A stretch of 64,000 bases of DNA from Lysobacterales bacterium (GCA_038241735.1 JBBSST010000012.1:9098-73097); one strand, 5' to 3'; numbered from the stretch's first letter, positions 26,927 to 36,216 are shown. A program made the numbers and translations. The notes: a model not told the origin generated them from the sequence alone.

Positions 26927-27715
26927 ATGGCGACGAAACGAGCGACGAGCAAGCACACTGCCAGCAAGTCGGGCCGGGCCGGACCCGCAACCAGTAAGAC
27001 CGCCAGCAAACGCGCGGCCAAGACCGTCAGGCAAGCGCCGGGCAAACCGATTGCCGCGGCTGCTGCCAAAAAGGCCGCGGTGAAGAAGACTGCGCTGAAG
27101 AAGACCGCAGTGAAGAAGGTCGCGGCGAAGAAGGTCGCGGCGAAGAAGGTCGCGGCGAAGAAGGCCCCCATGAAGAAGGCCACGGTGAAGAAAGTCGCGG
27201 GGAAGAAAGCGACGGTGAAGAAAGCTGCAGCGAAGAAGGTCGCGGTCAAGAAGGCAGTGCCCAAAAAGACCGCAAGCAAGAAAGTCGCGACGAAGCAGGT
27301 CGTGGCGAAAAAAGCCACGGCGAAACAGGTCGCGGTGAAGAAGGTGGCGCCAAAATCCGCGGCAAAGCCTGCGCGCAAGCCTGCGGTGAAACCTGCGATC
27401 GCCAGCAAGCCTGTCGCCAAGTCGTCTCCATCGAGCACCAGGAAAACCGCACCGGTCGCGCGCAGGATCACTCCCGAGCAGGCCCTGGCCAACACCCATG
27501 CGTTGCTCAAGGCCAAGCAGGAGCACGATCGCCAGCCGCAGCCGTGGCAACAGCTCGATCACAACCACCCTCACGTGCCAACACCGGGACCGCAATCGCC
27601 GGAAGCGGCGGCCAAGGCCGAACAGCTGCACGCAGGCGAAAGCAGGGAACAAGCCATTCAGGGCAGTATCAGCACCCAGGACCGTCGCAACCAGGGCAAG
27701 TGGGACAACCGTTGA
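26927..27715 (+). CDS. histone H1-like / AlgP-like lysine-alanine repeat protein
   Basis: SD GCGGAGG 5 nt upstream. 262 aa with about 20 tandem pentapeptide (A/V)xKK units, then a non-repetitive Gln/Pro-rich C-terminal domain. Confidence 0.8.
   Translation: MATKRATSKHTASKSGRAGPATSKTASKRAAKTVRQAPGKPIAAAAAKKAAVKKTALKKTAVKKVAAKKVAAKKVAAKKAPMKKATVKKVAGKKATVKKAAAKKVAVKKAVPKKTASKKVATKQVVAKKATAKQVAVKKVAPKSAAKPARKPAVKPAIASKPVAKSSPSSTRKTAPVARRITPEQALANTHALLKAKQEHDRQPQPWQQLDHNHPHVPTPGPQSPEAAAKAEQLHAGESREQAIQGSISTQDRRNQGKWDNR
27064..27350 (+). repeat. in-frame 15-nt periodic coding repeat, including a perfect 3x copy (GTCGCGGCGAAGAAG at 27119-27163)
   Basis: Read directly; it encodes the AAKKV repeat core of the histone-like protein. 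Confidence 0.85.
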
Positions 27716-27736
27716 GTTGCCCTGCAAGGAGATCTC

Positions 27737-28015
27737 GTGGAAGAGTCCAACATCCGTCATGACGCTGCCGCGCATCGGTTCGTCGTCGACGTCGGCGCGC
27801 ATAGCGGCTATGTGGAATACCAGCGCAAAGACGGCATCCTTGCGATCAACCACACCATCGTGCCGGCGGACATCGGCGGACGTGGCATCGCCGCGCGGCT
27901 GGTGCAGGCCACCCTTGAGTACGCTCGCAACGAAGGCCTGAAAGTGCAGTCCAACTGTTCGTATGCACGAGCCTATCTGGACAAGCATCCCGAATACGCC
28001 GACTTGATGGCCTGA
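27737..28015 (+). CDS. small GNAT-like N-acetyltransferase (YjdJ-type, about 90 aa)
   Basis: GTG start after AAGGAG. 92 aa; HRFVV...GYVEY....ILAINHTIVPADIGGRGIAARLV is typical of the single-domain GNAT-like family. Confidence 0.8.
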   Translation: MEESNIRHDAAAHRFVVDVGAHSGYVEYQRKDGILAINHTIVPADIGGRGIAARLVQATLEYARNEGLKVQSNCSYARAYLDKHPEYADLMA

Positions 28016-28022
28016 GGGCAGC

Positions 28023-28056
28023 GTCCAGCCGGCACGCCGCCAGCGCCGGCCTGGAC
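28023..28056. terminator. GC-rich hairpin between convergent genes (possible bidirectional terminator)
   Basis: GTCCAGCCGGC (28023-28033) pairs with GCCGGCCTGGAC (28045-28056), leaving one bulge. There is no clean T-tract, so function is uncertain. Confidence 0.4.
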
Positions 28057-28075
28057 TGCGGCTGTCGTTTGCTTG

Positions 28076-29122
28076 TCAGGGGCGGGCTTCGGTCGCCGTC
28101 ATCGGCGCGATGTCCTGCCCCTGTACCGGTTCGCCGCGTGCGACCGGCTTGCCATCGGCACGATAGTGGTTGAAGAACACCGGCAGGCCTTCGCCATCGC
28201 CAAAGCGTGGCGCATCTTGCAGGTGGAAATGCAGGTGCGGCTCACTGGTGTTGCCGCTGTTGCCGCAGCGGCCGAGAGGTTCGCCGCTGGCGACAGCTTG
28301 GCCCGGCTTGACCGCCACGCTGCCTTGGCGCAGGTGGGCGAGCAGGGCATATTCGCCTTGGCCGAGGTCGAGCATGACGTGGTTGCCGGCCGGTGCTTGC
28401 GCATTGGTCGTGCCGATGGCCTGGTCGGGCAGGCCATCGATGGCTTCGATGACGGTGGCCTCGGCGGGGGCCAGGATGGCTTGGTTCCAGCAGTAATAGT
28501 CGTCGAGCGCCGTGCCTTGGCCGCGATGGGTCTTGCCGTCGAGCATGCGCAGCAGGTCGTAGGCGAAGCGTTGGCCGGGTGATGCGGCGTGGTAGTTCTG
28601 TTCGATCGTGTGTCCGCCCCAGACCACGTGCCACGTGCCGTCAAACGGCAGCCGCAAATTCGCCCTGGTCTGGTAATCCAGATGACTCGAGGGTGCCGCC
28701 TGCGGTGTTGGCTGCACCACGAAGCCGGCGATGCGATCATCGTCATCCAGCACCCATTGCATGCGGATCGGCATCGGCGCCTTGCTCCAGCGTGCGCTGC
28801 GCAGGTAGACACGCATGCCGTCGTGTTGTTGCGCGGACTCCTCGATCACCGATTGTTCCTCGCCCAGGTCGTGCGCGATCTTCGCGCGGAATTGTGCCAG
28901 TGCCTCCGCGCTCTTCAACGCATCACGCATCGCCGGCGACATGCGTGCCCAGACCGCATCGGAATCGCCGTGCAGGAATTGCCGCGTCAGCGCCCGGCCT
29001 TCGGCGAGGATTGATGCGGATGGCGATGCCGGCTCGAGCGGCGCGGCGCGGAGCAGGGTCGGCATCGAGGCCAGCAACATGGCTGCGAGCGCGATTCTTG
29101 CCGGTGACAGGATCGACATCAT
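28076..29122 (-). CDS. secreted M23-family metallopeptidase
   Basis: Signal peptide MMSILSPARIALAAMLLASMPTLLRAAP. C-terminal LytM-type domain with GNSGNTSEPHLHFHL. The start overlaps the upstream regulator's stop (ATGA). Confidence 0.88.
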   Translation of the reverse strand: MMSILSPARIALAAMLLASMPTLLRAAPLEPASPSASILAEGRALTRQFLHGDSDAVWARMSPAMRDALKSAEALAQFRAKIAHDLGEEQSVIEESAQQHDGMRVYLRSARWSKAPMPIRMQWVLDDDDRIAGFVVQPTPQAAPSSHLDYQTRANLRLPFDGTWHVVWGGHTIEQNYHAASPGQRFAYDLLRMLDGKTHRGQGTALDDYYCWNQAILAPAEATVIEAIDGLPDQAIGTTNAQAPAGNHVMLDLGQGEYALLAHLRQGSVAVKPGQAVASGEPLGRCGNSGNTSEPHLHFHLQDAPRFGDGEGLPVFFNHYRADGKPVARGEPVQGQDIAPMTATEARP

Positions 29123-29460
29123 GGAATCTCCGTTTGTGACGCAGGGGTGGACTGCAGCAACGCCGCGATTTGCATCCGGTACTGCGCCAGGGCATTGCGG
29201 CCGGCATCGGTGATTGACGCGCGGGTCAGCGGGCGTTTGCCGCGGAAACTCTTCTCGATCGCCACCAGCCCGCCGGCTTCAAGCTTGGACAAATGGCTCG
29301 ATAAATTGCCCTTGCTCAGCCGGCAGATGGTTTCCAGGAAGCCGAATTCGACCTGTTCTGCATTTGCCAGCACGGTGAGGATGGCCAACCGCGCCGGCTC
29401 GTGGACCAGGCGATCGATTGCCAGCACGTGGTCGACAATGTCTTGGGTGCATGCTTTCAT
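29119..29460 (-). CDS. winged-helix (ArsR/MarR-like) transcriptional regulator
   Basis: 113 aa. VHEPARLAILTVLANAEQVEFGFLETICRLSKGNLSSHLSKLEAGGLV forms the HTH plus wing. ATG 29460 is used, with GTG 29463 as an alternative. Confidence 0.8.
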   Translation of the reverse strand: MKACTQDIVDHVLAIDRLVHEPARLAILTVLANAEQVEFGFLETICRLSKGNLSSHLSKLEAGGLVAIEKSFRGKRPLTRASITDAGRNALAQYRMQIAALLQSTPASQTEIP

Positions 29461-29726
29461 CACTCGGGGCCGGGGTTTGCGGGGGCCGGGTTTACAGGAG
29501 CGACGTATCGGCCCAGACCCCGTTCGATGCGCAACCGCTGCTCATCGCGATGTTCACGCCAGCCGGTCGGGATCGCGATGGCCGCGAAAGCGGCGGCGAT
29601 CGGGGTGCAGTACCATGGGTAATGACCGCCGCTGACCACTAAAGAGGCCTGGCAGAACAGCAAGACGCCGATCACCAGGCTCAGGCCGCCGACACTGCGC
29701 GAATAGCGGGCGTATCGGATGGTCAA
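29460..29726 (-). CDS. possible small two-TM membrane protein at the head of the wHTH-M23 operon
   Basis: This is the high-GC3 C-terminal part of an otherwise implausible 465-aa ORF. TTG at 29726 is the first usable start outside rluF. Sequence ...LSLVIGVLLFCQASLVV...YCTPIAAAFAAIAIPTGW. Its stop shares one nt with the regulator's ATG (TGATG). The start is uncertain. Confidence 0.35.
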   Translation of the reverse strand: MTIRYARYSRSVGGLSLVIGVLLFCQASLVVSGGHYPWYCTPIAAAFAAIAIPTGWREHRDEQRLRIERGLGRYVAPVNPAPANPGPE

Positions 29727-29912
29727 CCCAAGAGGTGCTTCAGTTGGGCGGAGTCGATTTGCATGGCGTGCCCTTGATCTTCGCAAATAAGTTTGTATCA
29801 CAAACCAAATGATTTCAAGCCTGCCACGGGAAATAGTTGCCGGCGTCCAGGCGTGCCGCGGCCGTGTCGATCTGCGAGACTTGCCCGCCTTCTGTCCAAG
29901 CACGACTTTCCG

Positions 29913-30626
29913 ATGCGATTGAACAAGCACATCAGCGATACCGGCTTCTGCTCGCGCCGCGAGGCCGATCGCCTGATCGGCGAAGGCCGTGTCACCGTCA
30001 ACGGCCAGCGCGCGCCCGTGGGCGCAGAGGTGGGCGAGGGCGACGAGGTCAAGCTCGACGGCCAGGCATTGAAGGTACGTGCCGCCGCCAAGGGCCAGCG
30101 CAAGCACGTTTATATCGCTCTGAACAAGCCGGTCGGCATCACCTGCACGACCGAATCGGCGGTGCAGGGCAACATCGTCGACTTCATCGACCACCAGCAG
30201 CGCATTTTCCCGATTGGCCGCCTCGACAAGGATTCCGAAGGCCTGATCCTGTTGACCAGCAATGGCGACATCGTCAACGCCATCCTGCGCGCGGAAAACA
30301 AGCTGGAAAAGGAATACCTGGTGGCGGTGAACCTTGAGGTCACACCCGAGTTCCTGCGTGGCATGAGCCGCGGCGTGCCCCTGCGCGGCGAGACCACGCT
30401 GCCCTGCAAAATGGGGAAGCTGGGGCGTTTTGGCTTCCGTATCGTGCTGGTGCAGGGCATGAACCGGCAGATCCGGCTGATGGCCGAGTATTTCCGATAC
30501 CGGGTCAAGCAACTGGTGCGGGTGCGCATCGGCAACGTCAAGCTGGGCCACCTCAAGACCGGCCAATGGCGCAACCTCACCGACGCCGAGTTGCACGGCC
30601 TGCTGCCGCAGCGCGAAGACTGGTAG
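29913..30626 (+). CDS. rluF: 23S rRNA pseudouridine synthase RluF
   Basis: MRLNKHISDTGFCSRREADRLI (S4 domain), FPIGRLDKDSEGLILLT catalytic motif, EKEYLV, VQGMNRQIR. It closely parallels E. coli RluF as I recall it. Confidence 0.9.
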   Translation: MRLNKHISDTGFCSRREADRLIGEGRVTVNGQRAPVGAEVGEGDEVKLDGQALKVRAAAKGQRKHVYIALNKPVGITCTTESAVQGNIVDFIDHQQRIFPIGRLDKDSEGLILLTSNGDIVNAILRAENKLEKEYLVAVNLEVTPEFLRGMSRGVPLRGETTLPCKMGKLGRFGFRIVLVQGMNRQIRLMAEYFRYRVKQLVRVRIGNVKLGHLKTGQWRNLTDAELHGLLPQREDW

Positions 30627-30984
30627 GCTGCCTCGCGCCTGGGGTGTTGGGCCGTAAGGTATTTGTCGCGATAAAAGGCGGCAATCGCGGACCGATCCCA
30701 CCATGCGCAACACAGCGCCAGCATCGGTCTGGGCCCATCCCGTAGCCAGTCGCACCAGTCGGCGCGCCCATTCATAACTTTGGGTATTCCCATTCACACT
30801 TTCGGCGAAAAGTGCGGTATGGTGCGCGCACTGTTCAAAGCCGGGATCACGGTACATCGTGGTTTCGATGCGGTAGATCTACCGATCCGCTCCATCGCTT
30901 CGCGTTACCCCTTGCTAGACACAGTCTCGGATCCGCTTTCAGGCGGACCGTGTTTCCTAAAAAACTGTTCCAAGGAGTAACAAC

Positions 30985-31194
30985 ATGTCAGATCGTCAGA
31001 CCGGTACCGTCAAGTGGTTCAACGACGCCAAGGGCTTCGGCTTCATCACCCCGGAAAGCGGCCAGGACCTCTTCGTCCATTTCCGTTCGATCCAGGGCAG
31101 CGGCTTCAAGTCGTTGCAGGAAGGCCAGAAGGTCTCGTTCAAGGTCGTGCAGGGCCAGAAGGGCCTGCAGGCCGACGAAGTGCAGGCTATCTAA
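30985..31194 (+). CDS. cspA: CspA-family cold-shock protein
   Basis: 69 aa. [15 protein letters not shown] (RNP1) and DLFVHF (RNP2). SD AAGGAG at 30972-30977. Confidence 0.95.
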   Translation: MSDRQTGTVKWFNDAKGFGFITPESGQDLFVHFRSIQGSGFKSLQEGQKVSFKVVQGQKGLQADEVQAI

Positions 31195-31220
31195 AGCCGC
31201 ATCGCGTCAGTCGCAACATC

Positions 31221-31253
31221 AAGCCCCGGGCAGCAATGCCCGGGGCTTTTTTG
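31221..31253 (+). terminator. rho-independent terminator of the csp gene
   Basis: AGCCCCGGGC-agcaat-GCCCGGGGCT, a perfect 10-bp stem, followed by TTTTTTG. Confidence 0.85.
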
Positions 31254-31376
31254 TGCGGGATCGCCAGAGTTCTTCGCCCGGGCCGGGCAACGCTGCATTC
31301 CTGCGGCGTCAATCCGGGCATCACGAACTGGGCATTAGACTGCTCTTTGAATTCATATCTTGCTGGGGAACTCGCC

Positions 31377-32189
31377 GTGAAGCGCATCTTGATGTTGTCC
31401 ATGTTGTTTGCGCTCGTCGCCTGCCAGCGCGAGGCGCCGGCACCGGAAACAACACCACCATCGCCGATCAACACGCAAGCGCCCGCGCCAACGGCGGCGC
31501 CGATGGAATTGAAGGATGTGATCGAACGTGATCCGCGCTACCTGGTGGGTATCACCTATCCCAAGAACCTCAGCCGATACCCGGGCCTTGTCGCGCAATT
31601 GCAGCGCTATGCCGAGGCTGCCCGCGGTGAACTCAAGCAGGCCGTCGATGGTTTGGGTAGCGATAAACCGAGTGCTCCGTATGACCTGTCGTTGACCTTC
31701 ACCACCGTCGTGGAGACCCCCCAGATCGTTGCCGTCGCTGCCGATGGCAGCACTTACACCGGTGGCGCGCATGGCAATCCGCTGCTTGCGCGGTTTGTCT
31801 GGCTGCCGCAGCAGGACAAGCCGCTGGAGGCGTCCGGCCTGATCGTCGACAAGCGCGGTTGGCGCGACATTTCCGACTATGTCCGCGAGCAATTGCATGC
31901 CGCGCTGTCACAGCGCATCGATGCCGACGACATGGAAGCTGCCGAGCGGGCCCAGACCATGCAATCGGCGTTGAAGATGATCGACGATGGCACCGGTCCG
32001 GACGCGACCAATTTTGAGCAATTCGAGCCGGTAATCAGCGATGACGGCAAGATCAGCGCACTGCGTTTCGTGTTTGCGCCGTACCAGGTCGGGCCGTATT
32101 CGGATGGCGTGCAGACGGTGGAAGTCCCCGCCAGCGTACTGCGACCGCATCTTGCGCCGGCCTATCGCGATTTGTTTGCCGGACGCTGA
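31377..32189 (+). CDS. lipoprotein with DUF3298/DUF4163-like domain
   Basis: GTG 31377 (GGGGA about 9 nt upstream) gives VKRILMLSMLFALVACQ with lipobox LVAC. Also has the ...TYTGGAHGN motif typical of the DUF3298 family. The longer ORF start at 31014 overlaps cspA and its terminator. Confidence 0.75.
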   Translation: MKRILMLSMLFALVACQREAPAPETTPPSPINTQAPAPTAAPMELKDVIERDPRYLVGITYPKNLSRYPGLVAQLQRYAEAARGELKQAVDGLGSDKPSAPYDLSLTFTTVVETPQIVAVAADGSTYTGGAHGNPLLARFVWLPQQDKPLEASGLIVDKRGWRDISDYVREQLHAALSQRIDADDMEAAERAQTMQSALKMIDDGTGPDATNFEQFEPVISDDGKISALRFVFAPYQVGPYSDGVQTVEVPASVLRPHLAPAYRDLFAGR

Positions 32190-32302
32190 GTTCAATGGCC
32201 ATGGCCTCTACACCGGGTAGCGGAATGCAGGGTTCGCCCCCCACGGCAAGGCCATCACAGCCGGCGCAGTAACGTGGGAGCGTCTGCTGTTGCCCGCCCA
32301 TC

Positions 32303-33445
32303 ATGCCCATGTCCGCGATGCATCCATTGCGCGCTCGATTGCAATCACTGCTGGCCGATGCCGATATCCGCATCGATGGTGATCGTGCATGGGACATGCA
32401 GGTACATGATCGCCGCCTGCCGGCGAGGCTGATGGCGGGCGGCGGCTCGCTCGCACTGGGCGAGGCTTACATGGACGGCTGGTGGGATGCGGCGTCGCTT
32501 GATGGCGCATTGTTCCACCTGCTCGATGCACGCATCGACGAGCGTGCGCACGGGCTGGCCGACGTCCGCGACGCGCTGCGTGCACGCGTGTTGAACCTGC
32601 AGGCTGCGCGTCGCAGCTTCGAGGTCGGCAAGCGCCACTACGACCTGGGCAACGATCTCTACCACGCCATGCTGGGCCAGCGCCTGGTCTACAGCTGCGG
32701 ATATTGGCGCAACACCGACAACCTCGACGATGCACAGGAAGCCAAACTCGACCTGGTGTGCCGGAAACTTGGCCTGGAGCCCGGCATGCGCGTGCTGGAT
32801 ATCGGCTGTGGCTGGGGCGAGGCGCTGAAATTTGCCGCGCAGCGCCACGGCGTGACCGGCGTCGGCGTGACCATCTCGCAAGAACAGGCGGTGTTCGCGC
32901 GCGCGCTGTGCGCAGGCCTGCCGATCGAGATCCGCGTACAGGATTATCGTGAGCTCGATGAGCGTTTCGACCGCATTCTTTCAATCGGCATGTTCGAGCA
33001 TGTCGGCGTACGCAACTACCGCACTTATTTCGAGGTGGCGCGACGTTGCCTTGGCGATGATGGGCCGGATGGCGGGCTGTTCCTGCTGCATTGCATCGGC
33101 GGCAATCGTTCGGTCAACCATACCGATCCGTGGATCACGAAGTACATCTTCCCCAACTCGATGCTGCCTTCGGCCGCGCAAGTGACCGATGCCATCGAGG
33201 ACCTGTTCGTCATCGAGGATTGGCACAATTTCGGCATCGATTACGACCGCACCCTGCAATCCTGGCGGGACAATATCGAGCGTGCGTGGGACAGCTTGCC
33301 TGCCCGCTACGACCAACGCTTCCGCCGCATGTGGCGTTATTACCTGGCCGCGTCGATGGCCAGCTTCCGCACGCGGCGCACCCAGCTGTGGCAACTGGTG
33401 TTGTCCCCGCGCGGAGTGCCAGGGGGTTACATCGCACCCCGGTAA
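32303..33445 (+). CDS. cfa: cyclopropane-fatty-acyl-phospholipid synthase
   Basis: HYDLGNDLY, YSCGYW, VLDIGCGWGE (SAM motif I) and FEHVG blocks. Several in-frame ATGs lie near the start (32303, 32309, 32318). Confidence 0.9.
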   Translation: MPMSAMHPLRARLQSLLADADIRIDGDRAWDMQVHDRRLPARLMAGGGSLALGEAYMDGWWDAASLDGALFHLLDARIDERAHGLADVRDALRARVLNLQAARRSFEVGKRHYDLGNDLYHAMLGQRLVYSCGYWRNTDNLDDAQEAKLDLVCRKLGLEPGMRVLDIGCGWGEALKFAAQRHGVTGVGVTISQEQAVFARALCAGLPIEIRVQDYRELDERFDRILSIGMFEHVGVRNYRTYFEVARRCLGDDGPDGGLFLLHCIGGNRSVNHTDPWITKYIFPNSMLPSAAQVTDAIEDLFVIEDWHNFGIDYDRTLQSWRDNIERAWDSLPARYDQRFRRMWRYYLAASMASFRTRRTQLWQLVLSPRGVPGGYIAPR

Positions 33446-33527
33446 ACGAGGGCTTTGGCCGTGTATATTCGTTCGCCGGCAATGCCATCACCCGGCTGGC
33501 GATCGGGCCTGGGACTTGCGCTGGCGG

Positions 33528-34397
33528 TCAATGCAAGATCGCGAGTCGCTCGCCAAGGCGCACGGGTGATTCCGCAGCAAGACCTTGTGCCAGTTCGGCT
33601 ACGCCCGGCGGCAATAACACGATCACGGTCGAGCCGTAATTGAAGCGTGCCATTTCCTCGAAGCGTGACAACACGATTTGCCCCTCGCTGTCATCGATGC
33701 GGTAGTCCTTGACCGTGACCATGTCGCCGTATGCGGGGATTTCCTCGCCACTCCACACGGTTTCGACACCCGAGACGAGCAGGGCGCCCACCATCACCAC
33801 CGCCATCGGGCCGAAGTCAGTGTCGAAATGGCAGACCAGGCGCTCGTTGCGTGCAAACAGGCGCGGCACGTTGCGCACCGCGTCGGGACCGACGCTGAAA
33901 AGACGGCCCGGGACGTGCACGGTTTCACGCAATCGTCCGGTCCACGGCATGTGCGCACGGTGGTAGTCCCTGGGCGACAGGTACACGGTGGCGAACAGGC
34001 CGCCGGCGAAGGACTCGGCGGTTGCCTCGTCGCCCAGCAGCTCGGCGGTGGTGAACGACTGGCCCTTGGCCTGGAAAATGCGCCCGGCATCCGTTCCGGT
34101 CGCGCCGATCACGCCGCACTGGCTGATGCGACCGTCGGCCGGCATCAGCACGGTGCGCGGGTCGGGGTCGGGCGTGCGTACACCTGGCTTGAGGGCGCGG
34201 GTGAAGAACGCATTGAAGGTGGGGTAGGCGTGCGGATTGGATTCGGCCGCTTCAGACAGGTCGACGCCAAACTTGCGCGTGACGTTGTCGATCAGCCATT
34301 GCTTGAGCGTTGCGTTGTCCGAATACGCCAACCAGCGCGCCAGCGACGACAGCAGGCGATGCGGCAGGACGTAGCTGAGGGCGGTGATGGGGCTCAT
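33528..34397 (-). CDS. psd: phosphatidylserine decarboxylase proenzyme
   Basis: 289 aa. FNYGSTVIV contains the G-S self-cleavage (pyruvoyl) site; RDYHRAHMP block. Confidence 0.92.
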   Translation of the reverse strand: MSPITALSYVLPHRLLSSLARWLAYSDNATLKQWLIDNVTRKFGVDLSEAAESNPHAYPTFNAFFTRALKPGVRTPDPDPRTVLMPADGRISQCGVIGATGTDAGRIFQAKGQSFTTAELLGDEATAESFAGGLFATVYLSPRDYHRAHMPWTGRLRETVHVPGRLFSVGPDAVRNVPRLFARNERLVCHFDTDFGPMAVVMVGALLVSGVETVWSGEEIPAYGDMVTVKDYRIDDSEGQIVLSRFEEMARFNYGSTVIVLLPPGVAELAQGLAAESPVRLGERLAILH

Positions 34398-34447
34398 GCG
34401 TTTTTCTCGTTGCCGTTTTGCTGTTCTTGCGGGAAAAACGTCGTGAT

Positions 34448-35101
34448 CTACTTGGCTGAAGCCGCCGTCAGCGCCGTCAGCGCCGTCAGGTCGGCCGCGA
34501 TCGCCTTTGGCTGCAGCGGTGGCTGGATGATGCCGGCCATGCGGCCCTGCGGGTCGAGCACGGCGATGGTGGCGGAATGGTCGATGCTGTAGCTATCGGC
34601 CGGCGCACCATCGACCGCCGGTGCCCGGGCAAACACCAGCGACAGCGAACGCGCGAAATTTTCCAGCGCCGGCACGTCGGCAGTGGCGGCCAGGGTGTCG
34701 CGATGGAAGGCATGTGCGTATTCGCCGATGCGATCGGGCGAATCGCGCTCCGGGTCGACCGAGATGAACAACACGCGCGGGCGCACCGGTTCGGGCAGGG
34801 TTTCCCAGGATTTCTGCGCCTGTGCCAATTGGGTCAGCGTGGTCGGGCAGACATCGGGGCAATAGGTGAAACCCAGGAAAACCAGGGTCCAGTGACCGTT
34901 GAGTTCGCCCGGCACCAGCTGCGTACCATCGGACTGACGCAATGAAAATGCCGGCAACTCTCGCGGCTGCGGGAATAACGTGACGGTCTGCATCGATGGC
35001 CCGGGCGGGGACTTCGACGCAAAAAACATCTGCGAGGCCAGCAGGCCCAGGCCAGCGGCCAATGCGACGACGATGATGATCAGGGTGGTGCGATTGAACA
35101 T
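34448..35101 (-). CDS. SCO1/SenC-family copper chaperone (thioredoxin fold)
   Basis: N-terminal TM segment, FTYCPDVCP (CxxxC copper site) and IDHS motif. It lies upstream of psd with a 50-nt spacer. Confidence 0.9.
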   Translation of the reverse strand: MFNRTTLIIIVVALAAGLGLLASQMFFASKSPPGPSMQTVTLFPQPRELPAFSLRQSDGTQLVPGELNGHWTLVFLGFTYCPDVCPTTLTQLAQAQKSWETLPEPVRPRVLFISVDPERDSPDRIGEYAHAFHRDTLAATADVPALENFARSLSLVFARAPAVDGAPADSYSIDHSATIAVLDPQGRMAGIIQPPLQPKAIAADLTALTALTAASAK

Positions 35102-35202
35102 GGCCGATGCGCTTCTTCAGGTGATCCTTGAACGGCGGCCATGATAACCGCGCCACCGTTATACTTCTCTGCCCGGCTGCCAACAGCGCGCCACGAGCTG
35201 CC

Positions 35203-36216
35203 ATGACCGACGAACTGCACACGATCATCGACCTGATCCGCTACGGCGCCAGCCGTTTCAATGCGGCCGGGCTGACCTTCGGCCACAGCTACGACAACGC
35301 GCTCGACGAGGCCACGCAACTGGTGCTGCATGCCCTGCACCTGCCCCATGACCTCGGCCCGGCCTATGGCCAGGCGCGGATCACGCTGGAGGAAAAAGAG
35401 GACGTGCTGGGATTGTTCCTGCGCAGGATCGAGGAACGCATCCCGGCGTCGTACCTGACCGGTGAAACCTGGTTCGCCGGCTTGAGTTTCAAGAGCGACC
35501 CACGCGCACTGGTACCGCGCTCGCCGATCGCCGAGTTGATTGAAAGTGGCTTCGAGCCGTGGCTGGGCGGCCGTGACGTGCGCCGCGCGCTCGATCTGTG
35601 CACTGGTTCGGGTTGCATTGCCATCGCCATGGCGCATTACAACCCCGATTGGCAGGTCGACGGCATCGACCTGAGCGACGACGCGCTTGCGCTGGCCGCC
35701 GAGAACAAGACGCGCCTGCATGCCGACAACCTGCGGTTGCTGAAATCCGATTTGTTCGATGGCTTGTCTGGCCAGCATTACGAATTGATCGTCAGCAATC
35801 CACCCTATGTCACCAATGCCGAAACCGACGCGCTGCCGGAAGAATATGCGCATGAGCCCGAAATGGGCCTGCGCGCCGGCGACGACGGCCTCGACCTGGT
35901 CCTGAAGATCCTGCGCGATGCACCGCTGCACCTGGTCGAGGACGGCCTGCTGATTTGCGAAGTCGGCGAATCCGAGCGCGCGCTGGTCAACCTGCTGCCG
36001 GAGATGACGTTCATCTGGATCGAGTTCAAGGTCGGACAGATGGGCATCTTCGCAGTGGAGTGCGCGGAGCTGATCGCCCACAATCCGCGCATCCGCGCAC
36101 TTGTCGATGCACGTGAGGTCGATGCACGTGAGAGAGTGGTCCAGCCGCGCGGCAATGGATCGCCGGTTGATGCATCGCCTGCGACGGCGGTGGGTGCCGC
36201 GGACGGTCTGTTTTGA
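35203..36216 (+). CDS. prmB: 50S ribosomal protein L3 N5-glutamine methyltransferase PrmB (with about 35-aa C-terminal extension)
   Basis: [19 protein letters not shown] and NPPY motifs. ATG 35203 ([15 protein letters not shown]). Confidence 0.88.
   Translation: MTDELHTIIDLIRYGASRFNAAGLTFGHSYDNALDEATQLVLHALHLPHDLGPAYGQARITLEEKEDVLGLFLRRIEERIPASYLTGETWFAGLSFKSDPRALVPRSPIAELIESGFEPWLGGRDVRRALDLCTGSGCIAIAMAHYNPDWQVDGIDLSDDALALAAENKTRLHADNLRLLKSDLFDGLSGQHYELIVSNPPYVTNAETDALPEEYAHEPEMGLRAGDDGLDLVLKILRDAPLHLVEDGLLICEVGESERALVNLLPEMTFIWIEFKVGQMGIFAVECAELIAHNPRIRALVDAREVDARERVVQPRGNGSPVDASPATAVGAADGLF
36103..36132 (+). repeat. perfect 15-bp in-frame tandem duplication (GTCGATGCACGTGAG x2) in the prmB 3' extension
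   Basis: Read directly; it encodes [10 protein letters not shown]. Confidence 0.95.

Noticed and set aside
27064-27350. Regularly spaced 15-nt repeats, checked as a possible CRISPR-like or satellite array
   Set aside because: There are no spacers. The period is a multiple of 3 and in frame with a well-initiated ORF, so this is a coding pentapeptide repeat.
29727-30857. Upstream 377 codons of the 465-aa minus-strand ORF 29460..30857
   Set aside because: It is antisense to rluF, which is strongly supported, and it continues into the cspA leader. Only the last 88 or so codons lie outside rluF and have a membrane-protein-like composition.
30780-30980. 66-aa plus-strand ORF just upstream of cspA
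   Set aside because: It has poor GC3 and no SD, and it ends 4 nt before the cspA ATG inside what is most likely the csp 5' UTR.
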